DNA of 64,000 nucleotides from Elusimicrobiota bacterium (GTDB lineage Bacteria; Elusimicrobiota; Elusimicrobia; UBA1565; UBA9628): NCBI GenBank assembly GCA_016212795.1, contig JACRDT010000036.1, positions 39,273 to 103,272 of the forward strand, read 5' to 3'. Shown piece by piece: positions 57,141 to 64,000 of this stretch (position 1 is its first letter; each line of letters starts with the position of its first letter). The notes under the pieces were generated by a model. It saw only the letters and a program-made list of their open reading frames with translations, ran no database searches and was not told where the DNA came from. The position numbers and the translations under genes were made by a program.

Positions 57141-57577
57141 GAGGCCATGGCTCCGCCGCCCGGCGTCCCGATGCCGCCCATCATCGTCGACATCATGTCG
57201 TCGAAGCGCTCCTTCTGTTCCATGGTGGAGAGGCTCTGGCGGATCTCTTCCTTCATCTCGAACATCTCGCGGCGCATCTTGTCCTGGAGGGCATGGAGCT
57301 CGCTCTCCATGGCGTCGAGCTTCGGCTTGGACTTTTCGATGGTCTTGGCGACCTTGTTCTTCTGCTCGGGGGAGAGTTCGAGGGCCGCCACGAGGATGCC
57401 GGCGAAATCCTTCTCCACCGCCGCGGGCCGAGCGCCCTTGTCGTGGTCGCCGGCCTCGGGGCCGGCCTGGGGGCCTGGAGCGGGCTTGCCGGGGGGTTCG
57501 TGGGCGCAGACCCTCCCGCCCGCCGCCATGGCGGCGCAGACAACTGCGGCGACGGCCAACGACATCATCCTTCGCAT
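56975..57577 (-). CDS. Periplasmic helical protein, Spy/CpxP-like
   Basis: GGAGG SD, signal peptide, LELSPEQK...LS..EQKERF repeats, Met-rich. Confidence 0.6.
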   Translation of the reverse strand: MRRMMSLAVAAVVCAAMAAGGRVCAHEPPGKPAPGPQAGPEAGDHDKGARPAAVEKDFAGILVAALELSPEQKNKVAKTIEKSKPKLDAMESELHALQDKMRREMFEMKEEIRQSLSTMEQKERFDDMMSTMMGGIGTPGGGAMASCPMGRRGPGRGERIRKIIRVKADRHGTEEEIEIEDDGPGMPPGGPQGRREPRRP

Positions 57578-57620
57578 AGATGGGGCCTCCTTTCGATGGG
57601 GACGCGTGACGCTTGCCGCT

Positions 57621-57649
57621 ATAGTAACACTGCCGCCGAGGGGTGTCAA
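57621..57649 (-). promoter_or_regulatory. Sigma70 promoter for the Spy-like gene and aas
   Basis: TTGACA-17 nt-TACTAT with a TG extension. Confidence 0.7.
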
Positions 57650-57706
57650 GGCCGTCGGACAGGGCTGTCGAACAGGGCGGCAGGACAAGGGGGCGCCCGT
57701 CCGGCG

Positions 57707-58114
57707 TTAGGGCAGGAGCTCGAACGGCTTGCCGCGGGCGGGGACGAAGCTGCCGAAGTGGCGGTGGTCGAAGGTGGCGATGCGGGTGATGCGCAGGCGT
57801 TCGGCCGCGGCCATGACCGCGGCGTCCACCAGGCCGAAGTCGGGCCGCGAGCGCATGATCTCGGCCGCGCGCTTGAGGTCCGCGGGGACGGGCCAGTCGA
57901 GGGCGAGCTCGCCGCGGAGCAGGCCTGCCAGGAAGGAGGCCTCGGCCTCAGGGCCGAGGTACTTCTGCGCCAGGTAGCAAACCTCGGGCAGGACGACGAA
58001 GGGGACGACGAAGGACTCGCCCGCGCTCTTGAGCAGATCCGCGGACTCCTTGTGATGGAGGTCGTCCTTGTCTAGCAGGGCGAAGAGGAAGCCCGTGTCC
58101 GTCAGGACGGCCAT
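57707..58114 (-). CDS. vapC: PIN-domain (VapC-like) toxin
   Basis: LTDTGFL.AL..DD.HH, V..EV, LVDA, ATFD.RHF; 135 aa. Confidence 0.9.
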   Translation of the reverse strand: MAVLTDTGFLFALLDKDDLHHKESADLLKSAGESFVVPFVVLPEVCYLAQKYLGPEAEASFLAGLLRGELALDWPVPADLKRAAEIMRSRPDFGLVDAAVMAAAERLRITRIATFDHRHFGSFVPARGKPFELLP

Positions 58115-58362
58115 CAGCGGCTCCGGCGGGGCTTGTCCTGGAACAGGAGTTCCTCGGCCCGCTCGGAGATGCGCAGGCCCGCGCCGCCGCTTCCCGCCCC
58201 GATGAAGGACGGGTAGGCGGCGTCCTTCTTGTGCCTGCGGACGAATTCCTCCAGGGCGTGCCGGATGACCTCGGAAACGGAAACGCCAGCCCGTTGGGCC
58301 ATTGAGCGCAGCTCCAGAATGAGCCCGTCGTCTGCCAGGATGCTTGTCCTCATCATACGCAT
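58114..58362 (-). CDS. Ribbon-helix-helix (CopG-like) antitoxin
   Basis: MRTSILADD..L...A...GVSVSEVIRHALEEF; coupled to the PIN gene; start may be 58356 or 58353. Confidence 0.85.
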   Translation of the reverse strand: MRMMRTSILADDGLILELRSMAQRAGVSVSEVIRHALEEFVRRHKKDAAYPSFIGAGSGGAGLRISERAEELLFQDKPRRSR

Positions 58363-58374
58363 ATGCCTATTAAT

Positions 58375-58403
58375 ATTATGACTCCCGGGGCCGTATTTGT
58401 CAA
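58375..58403 (-). promoter_or_regulatory. Sigma70 promoter of the TA operon with palindromic operator-like sites
   Basis: TTGACA-17 nt-CATAAT; palindromes TATTAATA and CATATG just downstream. Confidence 0.7.
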
Positions 58404-58502
58404 GGCGCACTCCTCTTGAAACTGCAGCGCTATTCCGTCCGGGCGCTGAAAGATGCTAAAATACCCCCCGCTCAGGTTCCGTGACTTGCGCCAAGTCTTG
58501 AA

Positions 58503-58578
58503 GGGCGTGTAGCTCAGTTGGGAGAGCGCCTCGTTCGCAACGAGGAGGTCGCAGGTTCGATCCCTGTCACGTCCACCA
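58503..58578 (+). tRNA. tRNA-Ala (anticodon CGC)
   Basis: Acceptor GGGCGTG/CACGTCC with G3:U70, D arm AGCTCAGTTGGGAGAGC, anticodon arm CCTCG-TTCGCAA-CGAGG, GGTTCGATCCC, encoded CCA. Confidence 0.97.
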
Positions 58579-58582
58579 TTCG

Positions 58583-58605
58583 AGCCCTCCGCAAGGAGGG
58601 CTTTT
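58583..58605 (+). terminator. Intrinsic terminator after the tRNA
   Basis: AGCCCTCC-GCAA-GGAGGGCT followed by TTT. Confidence 0.75.
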
Positions 58606-58647
58606 CGCTCCCATTGACCCCGGCGGGCGGCGGGGCTATACTTAGGG

Positions 58648-59031
58648 ATGATGAAGCCCTTCTTCCTCGGGGTCCTCCTGTCCCTGGCGTCCGCCAGCCA
58701 GGCTGGTCCCCTCGACCTCGATGTGTACGCCAGCCTGCGCCCGCCGCCGTCGCCCGGACGGTCGCCCATGCAGATGCCGCGCGAGCTGTGGCAGCCCGGC
58801 AGCCCTTTGGCCTTGCGCGGGGAATCCCCGGGCATCGTCGCCTTCTCGCACGCCGGGTACGCCGCCATGGGGGCCGTGGGCCTGGCCCAGAGCCTGGACT
58901 CGCTGGGCAAGGATCCCAACGCCGGCCGCAACGCGGTGGGGTTCGGGCTGATCACGGCCATCCAGCTGTGGACGGGCTGGCATTCCCTGAGGGAGACGCG
59001 GGCCGGGCCTCCCGGCCGACCGCGTCGCTGA
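58648..59031 (+). CDS. Small hypothetical exported/membrane protein
   Basis: Own promoter TTGACC-17-TATACT (58614-58642); signal peptide and two Gly/Ala-rich hydrophobic segments. Confidence 0.6.
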   Translation: MMKPFFLGVLLSLASASQAGPLDLDVYASLRPPPSPGRSPMQMPRELWQPGSPLALRGESPGIVAFSHAGYAAMGAVGLAQSLDSLGKDPNAGRNAVGFGLITAIQLWTGWHSLRETRAGPPGRPRR

Positions 59032-59038
59032 CGCGCTC

Positions 59039-60811
59039 TCAGCCGGCGACGTCGAGCTTGATGTGCAGCTCCTTGAGCTGCTTGGGATTGACCGTGGAGG
59101 GGGCTTCGCTCAAGGGGCAGGTCCCCTTGGCCGTCTTGGGGAAGGCGATGACGTCGCGGATGGAGTCCTCGCCCCGGAGGATGGCGACGAGGCGGTCGAG
59201 CCCGAGGGCGATGCCGCCGTGCGGCGGGGCGCCGAAGTCGAGGGCGTTGAGGAGCAGGCCGAACTGGCGGTCCATCTCCCGGGGGTCGTAGCCCATGAGC
59301 GAGAGGATCTTGCGCTGGATGTCCCCCCGGTGGTTGCGGATGGAGCCCGAGGCGAGCTCGACGCCGTTGAGGACCAGGTCGTACTGGTGGGAGCGGACCT
59401 GGCCCGGGTCGGTGTCGAGCTTGGGGAGCTCGCCTTCGATGGGGGCCGTGAAGGGGTTGTGGGCGAACGTCCAGCGGTTCTCCTCCGGCGACCATTCGAG
59501 GAGAGGGAAATGCGTGACCCACAGGAAGGCCCAGGGTTTGGCCGGGCGCAGCCCGAGCTTCTCCGAGAAGTCCGGGTTCGTCAGGAACTCCTTGCGCAGG
59601 GTCCCCAGGTGCACGGACGGGGCATAGCCCTCGCCCACGCCGAAGAAGGTGATGTTCCCCTTCGCGATGCCCAGGGACCGCCTGAGGCCGTCGACCTCCT
59701 CGGGCGAGAAGAACTTGAGGATGGGCGATTCGGGCGGGTCGTTCCACCGGACCCACGGCAGGCCCTTGGCCCCTTGGGCCTTGATGAAATCCGTCAGGCG
59801 GTCGATCTCGCTGCGGGTGACCCCGGTGCCTTCGACGGTCAGGGCCGTGACGCGGCCGCCGGAGCGGACCGTCTCCCCGAAGACCTTGAACTTGCTCTGC
59901 CGGAAGACCTCCGAGCAGTCCGAAAGGGCGAGGTCGTAGCGCAGGTCGGGCTTGTCGGAGCCGTAGCGCCGCATGACCTCGGCGTAGTCCATGCGCGGGA
60001 ACGGGGTCGCGAGGTCGACGCCCAGGGTCTCCCGGAAGACCGTCTTGAGCATCTTCTCCACGACGGCGTGCACGTCGCTCTCCTCGACGAAGGACATCTC
60101 GATGTCGATCTGGGTGTGCTCGGGCTGGCGGTCGGCGCGGAGGTCCTCGTCGCGGAAGGCCCGGGCCAGTTGGAAGTAGCGCTCCAGGCCCGAGACCATG
60201 AGGATCTGCTTGAAGATCTGCGGCGACTGCGGGAGGGCGTAGAAGGTCCCGGGGGTCAGCCTCGACGGGACCAGGTAGTCGCGGGCGCCTTCGGGGGTGG
60301 CCTTGGTGAGGATCGGGGTCTCGATCTCGAGGAAGCCCTCGGCGTCCAGGACGCGGCGCGCCGCCATGGAGACGGCGTGGCGCAGGGAGAGGTTGCCGAG
60401 CATGCGGGGCCGGCGCAGGTCCAGGTAGCGGTACTTGAGCCGGGTCTCCTCGTTGGCGTTGACGTCGTCCTCGACCATGAACGGGAGGGCCTTGCAGGCG
60501 TTGAGCAGGGTGATGCGGGACGCGCGGACCTCGACGGCGCCGGTCGCGAGCTTGGGGTTCTCGGTGCCCTCCGGGCGGCGCTCGACCGTCCCCGAGACCG
60601 CGACGACGAACTCGAGGCCCAATCCCTGCGCGGCCTGGAAGGCCTCGGCCTGCTCCGGGTGGGCTACGACCTGGACGACGCCCGTCCGGTCGCGCAGGTT
60701 GAAGAAGTAGACGCCGCCGTGGTCGCGCTTGGCGTGCACCCAGCCGGCCAGGATCACCGAACGTCCGGCGAGGTCCGCGGTGAGGCCGCCGCAGGAGTGG
60801 TCCCGGTACAC
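59039..60811 (-). CDS. aspS: Aspartate--tRNA ligase (probably non-discriminating Asp/Asn)
   Basis: RDHGG, RLKYRYLDLRR, ALPQSPQ.FKQ, FRDEDLRADRQPE, GAPPHGG.ALGLDR; GTG start. Confidence 0.96.
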   Translation of the reverse strand: MYRDHSCGGLTADLAGRSVILAGWVHAKRDHGGVYFFNLRDRTGVVQVVAHPEQAEAFQAAQGLGLEFVVAVSGTVERRPEGTENPKLATGAVEVRASRITLLNACKALPFMVEDDVNANEETRLKYRYLDLRRPRMLGNLSLRHAVSMAARRVLDAEGFLEIETPILTKATPEGARDYLVPSRLTPGTFYALPQSPQIFKQILMVSGLERYFQLARAFRDEDLRADRQPEHTQIDIEMSFVEESDVHAVVEKMLKTVFRETLGVDLATPFPRMDYAEVMRRYGSDKPDLRYDLALSDCSEVFRQSKFKVFGETVRSGGRVTALTVEGTGVTRSEIDRLTDFIKAQGAKGLPWVRWNDPPESPILKFFSPEEVDGLRRSLGIAKGNITFFGVGEGYAPSVHLGTLRKEFLTNPDFSEKLGLRPAKPWAFLWVTHFPLLEWSPEENRWTFAHNPFTAPIEGELPKLDTDPGQVRSHQYDLVLNGVELASGSIRNHRGDIQRKILSLMGYDPREMDRQFGLLLNALDFGAPPHGGIALGLDRLVAILRGEDSIRDVIAFPKTAKGTCPLSEAPSTVNPKQLKELHIKLDVAG

Positions 60812-60827
60812 TACAAGACCCTCATGG

Positions 60828-61514
60828 CTAATTCGGCTCCGGGCAGAGGGAGGCGAGCTTGTGGGTGTCCTTGATGAAGTAGCGGCCGTGGCGCACGTCG
60901 AGGATGTTGGCGCGCCGCAGGGTGGAGAGGGCCCGGGTGAGGGGCTCGCGGGTCGTCCCGACCATGTCCGCCAACTCCTGGTGCGTGTAGCGGTCCTGGA
61001 GCATGCAGCCGCCGCGCCCCTTCCTGCCCGCGCCGACCACGAGGTCATAGAGCGTCTTGGAGACGCGGCCGAGGATGTTGCGGAAGAGCAGGCTCTCGAT
61101 CTCCTCGTTGGCCCGGCGGAGGCGCTCGGCGACCGTGCAGAGGAGGAAATAGGTGAGGTGGGGGTCGGCGAGCAGGATGCGCCTGAAGTCCGCCCGGCGG
61201 ATGACCAGGAGCCTGGTGTCCTCGACCGCTTGGGCCGAGGCGCAGCGCGTCTTGCCGCCGAGGAGCGCCATCTCCCCGAAGAAGTCGCCGGGGTGGAAGT
61301 AGGCGATGGTCTTGCTCTTCTTGGCGGCTGACCGGATGAAGATCTTGGCCCGGCCCGAGATCACGATGAACATCTGATTGCCGAACTCGTCCTTCGAGAA
61401 GATCTGCTGGCGCACGGCGTAATCCCGGATCTGGGAGATCTTGAGCATTTCCCGGAGGTGCCTGGTGGATAGCGCGCTCAGGAATGGGATCTTGCGCAGG
61501 ATGTGGATGGACAT
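60828..61514 (-). CDS. Crp/Fnr family transcriptional regulator
   Basis: cNMP pocket GDFFGEMALL...RCASA; HTH THQELADMVGTTRE.LTR.L. Confidence 0.92.
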   Translation of the reverse strand: MSIHILRKIPFLSALSTRHLREMLKISQIRDYAVRQQIFSKDEFGNQMFIVISGRAKIFIRSAAKKSKTIAYFHPGDFFGEMALLGGKTRCASAQAVEDTRLLVIRRADFRRILLADPHLTYFLLCTVAERLRRANEEIESLLFRNILGRVSKTLYDLVVGAGRKGRGGCMLQDRYTHQELADMVGTTREPLTRALSTLRRANILDVRHGRYFIKDTHKLASLCPEPN

Positions 61515-61546
61515 GGCAGCATCCTACCTAAATGGCGGGAGACGGT

Positions 61547-62650
61547 TCAATGATGCCGGTCAGCCAGCGCTTCGACCGCGTCCGCCAGCCGGTGGGCGGT
61601 CTCCTCGGGGGCTGGGAGCCTCAGGCGCGCGAAGGCCCCCCCCATCCTGGAGAGGATGGCCGCGCTGGCCTGGGAGAGGAGGAGGTCCTCGAGGAGCCTC
61701 GGCAGCCTCCCCGCCAGCTTCTCCTCGGGCGCCGTGACAGCCGCGCCGACGCGCGAGAGGGCCAGGGCGTTGTGGGTCTGGTGCCGGCCGGTCGCGTGGG
61801 GGTAAGGGACGAGGATGGAGGGCTTCTTGAGGGCGGCCAGTTCCGCCAGGGTGCTGGCGCCGGACCGCGAGACCACGAGGTCGGCCGCGGCGTAGGCCGT
61901 CTGCATGTCCTCGAAGTACTCCGCGACGAACGCGCGGATCCCGGCCTCGGCGTACGCGTGCCGGACCTCGGCCCCGTCGCGGCGGCCCGTCAGGTGCGCG
62001 ACTTGGAGGTTGCCCCCGGCGCGCCTGAGGGCTTCGGCGACGGCGGCCGGGACCAGGCGGTTGAGGGCGCTGGCGCCCTGGCTGCCGCCGAAGACGAGGA
62101 GGGTGGCCGCCGACGGGCTCAGGTCGAGCCGGGCCCGGGCGGACGACGGGTCGGCCGGACGCCAGAACTGCGGCCTGATGGGCGTGCCCGTCACGGCGCC
62201 GGGGGCGCCCGGGATCGGCGGCAGGCCCCAGAAGAGCTCCGCGCCCATGGCGACGGCGGCCCGGTTGGCCAGGCCGAGGACGACGTTGGAGTCGTGGACC
62301 GCCCGGGGCAGCGAGAGCCTGGCCGCCGCCGCGATGGCGGGGAAGGTGAGGTAGCCCCCCATGCCGACGACGACTCGCGGCGCGAAGTCCCGCAGGATCC
62401 GGGTGCACAAGAGGACCGATGAGGCCGCCTGGCGGGCGAAACGCAGCCATTCCAGGGAGGGCCTGCGGGGCAGGCCCGAGAGGTCGATCTCGGCCGACGC
62501 GATGCCCTCGGCTTCGAGGACGCTGAGGGCCGGATCGGCGCGGCGGGCCAGGACCAGGGGCTGCCAGCCCCGGGCCGCGAGCGTCTGGCAGAGCACCAGC
62601 CCGGGGTAGAAGTGGCCGCCCGTGCCGCCGGCGGCGACGACGACCCTCAA
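61547..62650 (-). CDS. murG: UDP-GlcNAc:lipid I N-acetylglucosaminyltransferase
   Basis: AAGGTGGHFYP, GMGGY, GTPIR, FGGSQGA, RSGAST, HQ..NA; TTG start overlapping the ftsW stop. Confidence 0.95.
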   Translation of the reverse strand: MRVVVAAGGTGGHFYPGLVLCQTLAARGWQPLVLARRADPALSVLEAEGIASAEIDLSGLPRRPSLEWLRFARQAASSVLLCTRILRDFAPRVVVGMGGYLTFPAIAAAARLSLPRAVHDSNVVLGLANRAAVAMGAELFWGLPPIPGAPGAVTGTPIRPQFWRPADPSSARARLDLSPSAATLLVFGGSQGASALNRLVPAAVAEALRRAGGNLQVAHLTGRRDGAEVRHAYAEAGIRAFVAEYFEDMQTAYAAADLVVSRSGASTLAELAALKKPSILVPYPHATGRHQTHNALALSRVGAAVTAPEEKLAGRLPRLLEDLLLSQASAAILSRMGGAFARLRLPAPEETAHRLADAVEALADRHH

Positions 62651-63771
62651 TCCGCCCTCTGCCTGATCGGCGGGTTCGTCTGGGCGTGCCGGGAGATGTT
62701 CAGGAGGATGCCCGCGGCCATCATGGTCGCGATCAGCGACGAGCCGCCGCTCGAGATGAAGGGCAGGGTCATGCCCTTGGTGGGCAGGAGGCCCACGGAC
62801 ATGCACATGTTGATGAAGGCCTGGAGGCAGATGGACAGCGTGATGCCGGTCGCCAGGAGCGTGCCGAACATGTTGGGGGCGAGCTTGGCGACGCGCAGTC
62901 CCCGCAGGAGCAGCGTGGCGAACATCCCCGCGCAGAGGAGCGCTCCCAGGAGGCCCAGCTCCTCGCAGAGGATCGGGAAGATGAAGTCCGTGTGGGGGGT
63001 CGGCAGGTACATGAGCTTGAGCTGGGAGGCGCCGAAGCCCTTGCCGAACCATCCCCCGGACCCGACCGCCAGCAGCGACTGGGTGAGCTGGTAGCCCTGG
63101 GCGTGGCCGTCGGCGTTGCCCGACAGGAACGTGAGCAGCCGCTGGACGCGGTACGGCTTGCGCAGGATCTCCGCGACGACGATCGGGAGGGCCAGGGCCA
63201 TGGCCACGCCGATGTGCCGAAGGTTGCTGCCGGCCACGAAGAGGATGGCGACCATGACCGTGAACATGAGCACGGGCGTCCCGAGGTCGGGCTCCTTGCC
63301 GATGAGCAGGAGCAGCACGGCGACGAACGCCGTGGGGATGACGAGGCCCTTCCACGGGTTGTCGAGCTTGCTGGCCTTGCGGTCGAGGTAGTAGGCGAGG
63401 AAGATGACCGACGCGAACTTGGCGAATTCGGACGGCTGGAGCCCGACCGGGCCGAGGTGGATCCAGCGGTGCACGTTCTCTTTGGCCGGGCTGTAGAGGG
63501 CCAGGACCAGCCCCGCGACCGTGACCCAGAAGATGGGCCAGATCCACTCCTTGAGGCGGTTGTAGTCGAGCTGGCTGAAGTAGGCCATCACCCACACGCC
63601 GAGCGCGCCCCACAGCAGCTGCTTCTTGATGAAGAAGAAGGAGTTCCCGAACTTGCGGTCGGCGTAGATGGCGCTGGACGAATAGACCATGACGAGGCCC
63701 AGGAACAGGAGCGCCGTGATGACGATGAGCAGGGCGTAGTCGAGGCGCGGCCGGCGGCGCTCGTTCATCAT
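62647..63771 (-). CDS. ftsW: Cell-division SEDS protein FtsW
   Basis: GLVMVYSSS, RWI..G...QPSEFAK, EPDLGT, GYQ..QS..A.GSGG, LP.PHTDFIF, P.ISSGGSS. Confidence 0.95.
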   Translation of the reverse strand: MMNERRRPRLDYALLIVITALLFLGLVMVYSSSAIYADRKFGNSFFFIKKQLLWGALGVWVMAYFSQLDYNRLKEWIWPIFWVTVAGLVLALYSPAKENVHRWIHLGPVGLQPSEFAKFASVIFLAYYLDRKASKLDNPWKGLVIPTAFVAVLLLLIGKEPDLGTPVLMFTVMVAILFVAGSNLRHIGVAMALALPIVVAEILRKPYRVQRLLTFLSGNADGHAQGYQLTQSLLAVGSGGWFGKGFGASQLKLMYLPTPHTDFIFPILCEELGLLGALLCAGMFATLLLRGLRVAKLAPNMFGTLLATGITLSICLQAFINMCMSVGLLPTKGMTLPFISSGGSSLIATMMAAGILLNISRHAQTNPPIRQRAD

Positions 63772-63772
63772 A

Positions 63773-64000
63773 TCACTCGCCCCCCCACGGGGGGCGAGTA
63801 GTGGGGGGCTGATGTCGTTTCTTAATAAGTTCCTTGAACTGGTCGCCCCGGTCCTCGAAGTCCTTGAACTGGTCGAACGAAGCGCACGCCGGCGACAGGA
63901 GCAGGATGTCGCCGCGCTCCCCCACCTTGAGCGCGGTGTCCACGGCGACGGCCAGGTCCCCGCACGGGAAGATGTGGACCGTCCCGGCCAGGTCCTCTTC
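63773..64000 (-). CDS. murD: UDP-MurNAc-L-Ala--D-Glu ligase, C-terminal end (truncated by window edge)
   Basis: [26 protein letters not shown]; stop TGA at 63773-63775. Confidence 0.9.
   Translation of the reverse strand, partial: EEDLAGTVHIFPCGDLAVAVDTALKVGERGDILLLSPACASFDQFKDFEDRGDQFKELIKKRHQPPTTRPPWGGE
63775..63799. repeat. GC-rich hairpin at the murD 3' end
   Basis: ACTCGCCCCCC-CAC-GGGGGGCGAGT, similar to 28287-28313. Confidence 0.65.

Noticed and set aside
53826-57710. 1294-aa plus-strand ORF, and similar long antisense ORFs (e.g. 28751-31135, 26063-28486, 3603-6143, 7403-9940)
   Set aside because: Shadow ORFs opposite well-supported genes in high-GC DNA; no recognisable motifs
63771-63800. 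Possible murD-ftsW fusion
   Set aside because: Translating through the G-run gives a TGA at 63773-63775, so the genes are separate
63831-63875. 15-bp direct repeat TCCTTGAACTGGTCG at 30-nt spacing
   Set aside because: Explained by the MurD C-terminal protein motif DQFKD...DQFKE

Overview
GC-rich (about 70% by eye) chromosomal window from a diderm bacterium. Elusimicrobiota is the most likely source. This is an inference from the tandem DUF2723+TPR genes, a PorV/PorQ-like barrel beside a T9SS-type C-terminal domain, and the housekeeping gene order. The backbone is housekeeping: rpsO-pnp-accB-ftsK-lolA-rodZ-pgsA-pgpA, gmk-(rpoZ-like)-coaC-coaB-udg-priA, mltG, aas, tRNA-Ala(CGC), aspS, crp and murG-ftsW-murD. 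Three accessory blocks interrupt it. (1) 5475-12973 is a coupled operon of two TMEM260-like DUF2723 glycosyltransferases, two radical SAM enzymes and a formyltransferase. (2) 12974-20380 is a mixed-composition patch with a triply disrupted gene and two divergent Ser/Thr kinases. (3) 31448-43560 is a lower-GC three-gene operon with its own consensus promoter and a long structured leader. It encodes a lipoprotein with an apparently dead phospholipase C/P1-like domain plus HEAT repeats, a 2813-aa secreted amidase on a stalk of 11 IPT/TIG repeats ending in a T9SS-like CTD, and an adjacent PorV/PorQ-like barrel. Block 3 is the best candidate for an undescribed system: a polymorphic surface enzyme/immunity locus whose variable cassette appears to straddle a gene junction. 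Many genes look leaderless, and a short repeat is embedded in frame in unrelated genes. I saw no CRISPR array, rRNA, integrase or transposase. All family assignments come from motifs recognised by eye, with no database searches. GC values are hand counts of a few 60-nt lines.
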